Positions 1 to 4,211 of a DNA stretch of 4,211 nucleotides are shown in pieces; the stretch's first letter is position 1; every line of letters starts with the position of its first letter. The translations under genes and the position numbers were made by a program. Source of the stretch: a virus (Duplodnaviria; Heunggongvirae; Uroviricota; Caudoviricetes); IMG/VR virus record IMGVR_UViG_2671180637_000009. One strand, given 5' to 3'. The notes beneath the pieces were generated by a model, which did not search any database, was not told the origin of the DNA, and was given only the letters and a program-made list of their open reading frames with translations.

Positions 1-1661
1 GCAACGCCGTCAGGAACACGGCTCACTTTCACCTTCACGCCGTCGGTGACGGACTGGACCTCCACGCTGACCGGATTACCCTCACCGTCAACCAGGCTTA
101 TCAGCGTGGTGCCGGAGGATGGCAGCGTGATTTCACGGTCGAGCGTCAGCGTCCGGGTCTGGCTGTTTACCGCCAGCACGCGCCCGCCGATGCTGATACC
201 GGCATAGTCATCATCACAGATTTCAATGACATCGCCCGGCACATGGCGAAGCCCTTCTGCGCCCACGCTGAAGTCCACGGTCTGCGTTTCCAGCAGTTCT
301 GTTTTAATCAGCCACAGCCCGGCGCGGTGTGCCTGCCCCCGGCTGGTACAGCCAAAGGCATCCATCTTCGTGACGTTACGACCGTAACGGGCAATGGCCT
401 GCGTGTCCTCCACAAGCTCTGTCGCCGTCTCCCAGCCGTTGTTCGGGTCAATCCAGTTCACCTCAACGGCATTATGGCGGTCCTTCAGGGCGCTGAAGCT
501 GTAGCGGAACGGCGCGCCATCATCCGGCATCACCACATTACTGCGGTTATAGGTCCACACCTTATCTGACTGTCGGTCCTGCACGAACGTCAGCGTCTGC
601 CCGTTCCATACCGGCATACAGCGCATCGCCGAGCAGAAATCACTGAGCACATCCCACGCCTTGCGCTGTGTGGTCAGGTACGCATTACAGGTAATGCGCG
701 GCTCCGTGCCGCCAAAGCCGTCCGGCACCGACTGGTCGCAGTACTGGCCGATGACATACAGCGCCCATTTGTCCACATCCGCCGCACCAAGACGTTTCCC
801 CATGCCGTAGCGTGGATGGGTCAGCATATCCCACAGACACCAGGCCATGTTGTTGCTGTATGCCGGTTTAAACGTTCCGTCCCAGATACCGCTGTATTGC
901 CGCGTCTGCGGGTTATAGTTCGACGGCACCTGCAGAATACGCCCGCGCAGATGATAATTACGGCTCACCTGCTGGCTGCCGAACTGCTCCGAATCCACCT
1001 GTACGCCGACCAGTGCCGTGTTCGGGTAGCACTGTTTCACATCGATGATTTCGGTGTATGACGACCAGAGCGTTTTGTTCTGCAGCTGGTCTGTGGTGCT
1101 GTCCGGCGTCATCCTGCGCATCCGGATATTGAACGGGCGCGGCGGCAGGTTATCCACCACCACCGAGGCCAGATACTGTGAAGTGGTTTTACCCTTAATG
1201 GTGATGTCTTTTTCCGTCACCCAGCCACCGTTACGCTGTATCTGAACCAGCAGGCGGACTTCCGACGGATTCCGGTCCCCCTTTGAGGTGGTTTCCACCA
1301 GTGCCTGCACACCGAAGGTAAAGCGCAGACGGTCGATGTTTGCAGACGTGATGGTCCGGGTGATCGGCGTGTCATATTTCACTTCCGTACCCAGCACCGT
1401 CTCGGAACCGGAGGATTCAAATCCCTCCGGCGGAGTCTGCTCCTGCTCACCGGCCCGGAACACCACCGTGACGCCGGAGATATTGGTATTCCCCTCACTG
1501 TCCAGCACCGGCGTACTGTTCAGCAGCACGCTTTTTAACCCATCCACCGGACCTTCAATCGGCCCTTCGCTGATGGCATCGATCACACTCAGCAACTGCG
1601 TGGACTTCAGGTTGTCCTTCGCTTCGCGAGGGGTATGCCCCTTACTGCTGCCTTTACCCAT
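1..1661 (-). CDS. J: Tail tip / host-specificity protein J (central tail fibre), N-terminal ~553 codons; 3' end lies beyond position 1
   Basis: Minus-strand ATG at 1661..1659 (plus-strand 'cat'). Translation begins MGKGSSKGHTPREAKDNLKSTQLLSVIDAISEGPIEGPVDGLKSV... and stays open to the window edge, matching the lambda gpJ N-terminus as I recall it. No stop in this frame, so the track did not list it. GGAG Shine-Dalgarno 8 nt upstream. Confidence 0.93.
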   Translation of the reverse strand, partial: MGKGSSKGHTPREAKDNLKSTQLLSVIDAISEGPIEGPVDGLKSVLLNSTPVLDSEGNTNISGVTVVFRAGEQEQTPPEGFESSGSETVLGTEVKYDTPITRTITSANIDRLRFTFGVQALVETTSKGDRNPSEVRLLVQIQRNGGWVTEKDITIKGKTTSQYLASVVVDNLPPRPFNIRMRRMTPDSTTDQLQNKTLWSSYTEIIDVKQCYPNTALVGVQVDSEQFGSQQVSRNYHLRGRILQVPSNYNPQTRQYSGIWDGTFKPAYSNNMAWCLWDMLTHPRYGMGKRLGAADVDKWALYVIGQYCDQSVPDGFGGTEPRITCNAYLTTQRKAWDVLSDFCSAMRCMPVWNGQTLTFVQDRQSDKVWTYNRSNVVMPDDGAPFRYSFSALKDRHNAVEVNWIDPNNGWETATELVEDTQAIARYGRNVTKMDAFGCTSRGQAHRAGLWLIKTELLETQTVDFSVGAEGLRHVPGDVIEICDDDYAGISIGGRVLAVNSQTRTLTLDREITLPSSGTTLISLVDGEGNPVSVEVQSVTDGVKVKVSRVPDGV

Positions 1662-1669
1662 TCCTCACG

Positions 1670-1673
1670 CTCC
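1670..1673 (-). promoter_or_regulatory. Shine-Dalgarno (GGAG) for J, 8-nt spacer; a second GAGGA sits immediately before the ATG
   Basis: Minus strand reads ...TTTATGGAGCGTGAGGAATGGGTAAA...; the GGAG is plus-strand 'ctcc' at 1670-1673. Confidence 0.6.
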
Positions 1674-1703
1674 ATAAACGACAAAACCGCCCGCAGGCGG
1701 TTT
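1671..1703 (-). terminator. Intrinsic-terminator-like hairpin in the I-J intergenic region (perfect 8-bp stem, 4-nt loop, then a U-rich tract on the coding strand)
   Basis: Plus strand 1684-1703 is aaaccgcc-cgca-ggcggttt, a perfect inverted repeat. On the minus (sense) strand it reads AAACCGCC UGCG GGCGGUUU followed by UGUCGUUUAU. Lies 19 nt after the I stop and ends ~10 nt before the J ATG. Confidence 0.5.
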
Positions 1704-1721
1704 CACATAAAACATTTTGCA

Positions 1722-2363
1722 TCAGCGACCAATCACCACAACCTGACCACCGTCCCCTTCGTCTGCCGTGCTGATCTCCTGAGAAACCACCCGCGACCCC
1801 ACGCGCATTTCACCGTACAGAACGGGCAGAACATTGCCCTGGGCAACCATGTTATCCAGAGAGGAGAAATAGGTGTTCTGCTTACCGTTATCCGTGGTAC
1901 TGGCTGTTGCTGTGCTGGCTTTCGGTGCCAGCATCTGTGCAACACCACCAAGTGTCATCGCCGCGCCCATTGAAAAGAGAATGTCACTGAAAGCGATACT
2001 GATTCCTGGCATCCAGATTGCCGTAGCAATCAACGCCGCACCCAACACCGCCTGAAAAACACCGCTACTTTTGGCTCCCGCAAGACGCGGAACGATGTGG
2101 ATCACTGCACCATTTGCCAGCGGCTCACTAAGACGGGATGATAATTCGTTTTCGCCTGCATCATGCCCGGCAATGCGTACCTGGTACCAGCCGTCGCTCA
2201 GTTTCTGACGAAACGCCGGAAGCTGTGTGGCCAGCGCCCGGATGGCTTCAGCACCCGTTTTCACACGAAGGTCGATGCGGCGGCCAAATCGTTGTAAATC
2301 CCCGTAAAGGCAGATGCGTGCCATGCCCGGTGACGCCAGAGGGAGTGTGTGCGTCGCTGCCAT
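1722..2363 (-). CDS. I: Tail tip assembly protein I (213 aa): N-terminal ubiquitin-like domain, central hydrophobic Gly/Ala-rich segment
   Basis: Track ORF 1722..2363 (-). Begins MAATHTLPLASPGMARICLYGDLQRFGRRIDLRVKTGAEAIRALATQLPAFRQKLSDGWYQVRIAG and ends ...EISTADEGDGGQVVVIGR, as I recall for lambda gpI. Start ATG at 2363..2361 lies inside the 3' end of K. Stop TGA at 1724..1722. Confidence 0.9.
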   Translation of the reverse strand: MAATHTLPLASPGMARICLYGDLQRFGRRIDLRVKTGAEAIRALATQLPAFRQKLSDGWYQVRIAGHDAGENELSSRLSEPLANGAVIHIVPRLAGAKSSGVFQAVLGAALIATAIWMPGISIAFSDILFSMGAAMTLGGVAQMLAPKASTATASTTDNGKQNTYFSSLDNMVAQGNVLPVLYGEMRVGSRVVSQEISTADEGDGGQVVVIGR

Positions 2364-3004
2364 TTGTCGGTATACCTCTCTCGTTTGCTCAGTTGTTCAG
2401 GAATATGGTGCAACAGCTCGCCGTCACCACAGTAAATGGCGGCATGATTCGGCACCGATGAACCAAAACAGCACAGCAGCACATCGCCCGGCTGCGCCGC
2501 TGACAACGGCACCTGATACAGCCCCGTTGCCTCCAGATTATCCAGATAGAGATTCTGACCGTTACGCCACCAGTCATCCTCACGATGAAAATCCGGCATC
2601 TCAATCCCCGCCAGATGGTAAGCGTCCCGGAACAGCGTGTAACAGTCCGTCACCCCGTGCTCAAAGCGCCGCCCGGTAAGATGCGGCACACAGCGGAACT
2701 TGTGAATCGCCCCCCGGCAGACCAGCCACCACGGCAAATCACTCTGCACCTGCAGCCGCCGGTCAGCCTCACTCAGCCAGGGCAGACCACCGGGATGACT
2801 GTGGACCAGCGCCACAATCTCACCCTGCATTTCTGCCTGCAGCCAGTCCTCCGGAGCCATCCGGAAATAATCCTCCGGCTCACCGGAAATATTCACGCAG
2901 GGAAAATATCTTTCCCCCTCCGGCGTTCTCACCACGAAGCCGCACGACTCCGCTGGCGCACATCGCCGGGCGTGCGCCAGAATCGCTGATTCTGTCTCTG
3001 TCAT
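2261..3004 (-). CDS. K: Tail tip assembly protein K, 247-aa form (JAB/MPN metalloprotease-like N-domain plus NlpC/P60-like C-domain); the classical lambda annotation starts internally at 2860 (199 aa)
   Basis: Track ORF 2261..3079 (-). I place the start at the ATG at 3004..3002 (MTETESAILAHARRCAPAESCGFVV...), 4 nt after the L stop. JAMM motif HSHPGGLPWLSEAD (HxH-x7-S-x2-D) at residues 68-81, with the candidate catalytic Glu at residue 19 (PAESCG). NlpC/P60-like Cys (TDCYT) and His (NHAAIY, LLHHIP) in the C-terminal half. The internal ATG at 2860 (MAPEDWLQ...) has GGAGGA 10 nt upstream. Confidence 0.85.
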   Translation of the reverse strand: MTETESAILAHARRCAPAESCGFVVRTPEGERYFPCVNISGEPEDYFRMAPEDWLQAEMQGEIVALVHSHPGGLPWLSEADRRLQVQSDLPWWLVCRGAIHKFRCVPHLTGRRFEHGVTDCYTLFRDAYHLAGIEMPDFHREDDWWRNGQNLYLDNLEATGLYQVPLSAAQPGDVLLCCFGSSVPNHAAIYCGDGELLHHIPEQLSKRERYTDKWQRRTHSLWRHRAWHASAFTGIYNDLAAASTFV

Positions 3005-3008
3005 GGGA

Positions 3009-3707
3009 TTACTGCGAAAGTTTGTTAATGGAAAGGAAGCCGCCAAAGTTGCCGACGTTATTGCGGAACTTACAGCCACTCAGGCATTTGCTGCATTTAT
3101 CCTTCGTGATATCGGACGTCGGCTGGTCATATTCATCCGCGACAGCCGGACCGCTATAACCGCACTCGTCACCGCGATAGGTCCAGGTGCAGGTGTTGGC
3201 CAGCATGATACGTCCCGGAAAAACAGCGCCATCCGTTTCCGTCGGCGTGGACAGTACAAAGGAGGCACTCACCGCGCTCAGTTCGCTGCACTGCTCGATG
3301 CGCCAGCGGCTGATCACCTCCTGCTCCGGATCGGCGTCACTGTTTCCGTTGACGAAGTTCACCGCATCCAGAAAACGGGCGTAAACCTTACGCCGGACCA
3401 CCGTTCCGCCGACCAGACTCTGCAGATCTTCCGCCATCCCGGTGACCATACCGTACAGGTTAGAAACCGTCAGCGTGGGGCGCGTACTGGTGCCTTTGCC
3501 ATTCAGTTCAAAACCGCTCCCCTGAATGGGATACGGCTGATACTGTCGCCCCTGCCAGGTGACCGGCTCACCTTTTTCGTTCTGCTCATTACAGAAAAAA
3601 TAACGTTCTCCACCGACCTCTGTCAGGTCGATTTCCCAGAGCACCACGCTGGCCGACTGCTCCGCACGGGTGCATTCATTCAGTGTTTCCTGCCGGATAT
3701 CCTGCAT
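3009..3707 (-). CDS. L: Tail tip protein L (232 aa) with a C-terminal cysteine cluster
   Basis: Track ORF 3009..3707 (-). MQDIRQETLNECTRAEQSASVVLWEIDLTEVGGERYFFCNEQ...SINKLSQ matches lambda gpL as I recall it. Its ATG (3707..3705) overlaps the M stop TGA (3709..3707) as TGATG. Stop TAA at 3011..3009. Confidence 0.95.
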   Translation of the reverse strand: MQDIRQETLNECTRAEQSASVVLWEIDLTEVGGERYFFCNEQNEKGEPVTWQGRQYQPYPIQGSGFELNGKGTSTRPTLTVSNLYGMVTGMAEDLQSLVGGTVVRRKVYARFLDAVNFVNGNSDADPEQEVISRWRIEQCSELSAVSASFVLSTPTETDGAVFPGRIMLANTCTWTYRGDECGYSGPAVADEYDQPTSDITKDKCSKCLSGCKFRNNVGNFGGFLSINKLSQ

Positions 3708-4036
3708 CAGTTCACCACCTGTTCAAACTCTGCGCTGAACTCAACACGCAGCATACTGACCCGCGACGACCATTTTGCGCAGGTCACCTTTATCTGCCTG
3801 TAACCATAAGGCGGCGTCCACAGAAAGGCCTTCCAGCCCCCGTGCTCAGCCAGAAACGACTCCAGTACCGTGGCCTCCTCACGGGGGACAGAAAGCGTCA
3901 CGCTGTACGTTTTCAGGTTGGCATTCAGCCCGGCAGGCGCTCGCTGGGAATAGCCATCACCAAAGCGCACCTTTCTTACAGAAGGGACCGAAGCCACATC
4001 CATACCGGGTTTCACTTTCCAGCGGAAGGTCTTCAT
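3707..4036 (-). CDS. M: Tail tip protein M (109 aa)
   Basis: Track ORF 3707..4036 (-). MKTFRWKVKPGMDVASVPSVRKVRFGDGYSQRAPAGLNANLKTYSVTLSVPREEATVLESFLAEHGGWKAFLWTPPYGYRQIKVTCAKWSSRVSMLRVEFSAEFEQVVN matches lambda gpM as I recall it. Its ATG (4036..4034) overlaps the H stop TGA (4035..4033) as ATGA. Confidence 0.95.
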   Translation of the reverse strand: MKTFRWKVKPGMDVASVPSVRKVRFGDGYSQRAPAGLNANLKTYSVTLSVPREEATVLESFLAEHGGWKAFLWTPPYGYRQIKVTCAKWSSRVSMLRVEFSAEFEQVVN

Positions 4037-4211
4037 CGTCCACCTCCGGAGAACAGGCCACCATCACGCATCTGTGTCTGAATTTCATCACGGGCACCCT
4101 TGCGGGCCATGTCATACACCGCCTTCAGAGCAGCCGGACCTATCTGCCCGTTCGTGCCGTCGTTGTTAATCACCACATGGTTATTCTGCTCAAACGTCCC
4201 GGACGCCTGCG
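4033..4211 (-). CDS. H: Tail tape-measure protein H, C-terminal 58 codons plus stop; 5' end lies beyond the window
   Basis: Hand translation of the minus strand in the frame beginning at 4209: QASGTFEQNNHVVINNDGTNGQIGPAALKAVYDMARKGARDEIQTQMRDGGLFSGGGR, then TGA at 4035..4033. Matches the lambda gpH C-terminus as I recall it. Not in the track because no start lies within the window. Confidence 0.88.
   Translation of the reverse strand, partial: QASGTFEQNNHVVINNDGTNGQIGPAALKAVYDMARKGARDEIQTQMRDGGLFSGGGR
4043..4047 (-). promoter_or_regulatory. Shine-Dalgarno (GGAGG) for M, 6-nt spacer, embedded in the last codons of H
   Basis: Minus strand reads ...TCCGGAGGTGGACGATGAAG...; plus-strand 'cctcc' at 4043-4047. 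Confidence 0.7.

Noticed and set aside
243-1677. Plus-strand ORFs 243..569, 816..1061, 1045..1245, 1288..1677
   Set aside because: All lie antisense to the J coding frame, which is open across the whole 1..1661 interval. Low-complexity, Arg/Pro/His-rich translations typical of antisense artefacts.
2261-2363. Programmed ribosomal frameshift joining K and I
   Set aside because: No slippery heptamer (X XXY YYZ type) is visible in the overlap, and I has its own in-frame ATG, so independent initiation is the simpler explanation.
1635-2989. Plus-strand ORFs 1635..1973, 1873..2055, 2138..2461, 2314..2679, 2585..2989, and minus-strand alternative-frame ORFs 1733..1951 and 2389..2604
   Set aside because: They are antisense to, or out of frame within, I and K. 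The hydrophobic 60-aa peptide at 1873..2055 is simply the antisense of the hydrophobic segment of I.
3005-3079. Using the first ATG of the 272-aa ORF (3079) as the K start
   Set aside because: That start would overlap the L 3' end by 71 nt in another frame and add a 25-residue leader (MAVSSAITSATLAASFPLTNFRSNP). The ATG at 3004 directly follows the L stop, which fits the coupling pattern of the rest of the operon, so the leader is more likely a frame artefact.
3080-3268. 62-aa minus-strand ORF inside L in another frame
   Set aside because: Fully nested out of frame within L; Arg/Pro-rich with no start context. Likely spurious.
3588-3603. A/T homopolymer run (plus-strand acagaaaaaataacg, TTTTTTC on the sense strand) inside L
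   Set aside because: It sits within the conserved YFFCNEQ coding segment of L and is in frame. Too short and isolated to call a slippage site or regulatory element.
3003-3803. 266-aa plus-strand ORF (also 3187..3384 + and 3683..4081 +)
   Set aside because: It is antisense to L and M, whose minus-strand products I recognise along their full length. High-GC coding DNA often gives long open antisense frames. No recognisable motif or plausible start context.
1-4211. A novel defence or accessory system, CRISPR array, tRNA or mobile element
   Set aside because: The window is fully tiled by six contiguous, recognisable lambda-type tail genes on one strand. There are no direct-repeat arrays, no tRNA-like structure, no terminal inverted repeats, and no unassigned coding space larger than the 60-nt I-J spacer.

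Overview
All real coding capacity in this window is on the minus strand and forms the tail-tip assembly module of phage lambda or a very close lambdoid prophage. Gene order in transcription direction (high to low coordinate) is: H tape-measure 3' end (4211..4033), M (4036..3707), L (3707..3009), K (3004..2261), I (2363..1722), a 60-nt intergenic region with a terminator-like hairpin, then the first ~553 codons of J (1661..1), which runs off the window. I recognised these by reading the minus-strand translations against my memory of the lambda gpH/M/L/K/I/J proteins; no search was run. The genes are tightly coupled: H stop and M start overlap, M stop and L start overlap, L stop lies 4 nt before the K start I favour, and K and I overlap by 103 nt in different frames. 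All plus-strand ORFs in the track are antisense to these genes and I regard them as spurious. I found no CRISPR array, RNA gene, mobile element or evidence of a previously undescribed system; the points worth a second look are annotation-level (K start and domain integrity, the I-J hairpin, a possibly shortened I).
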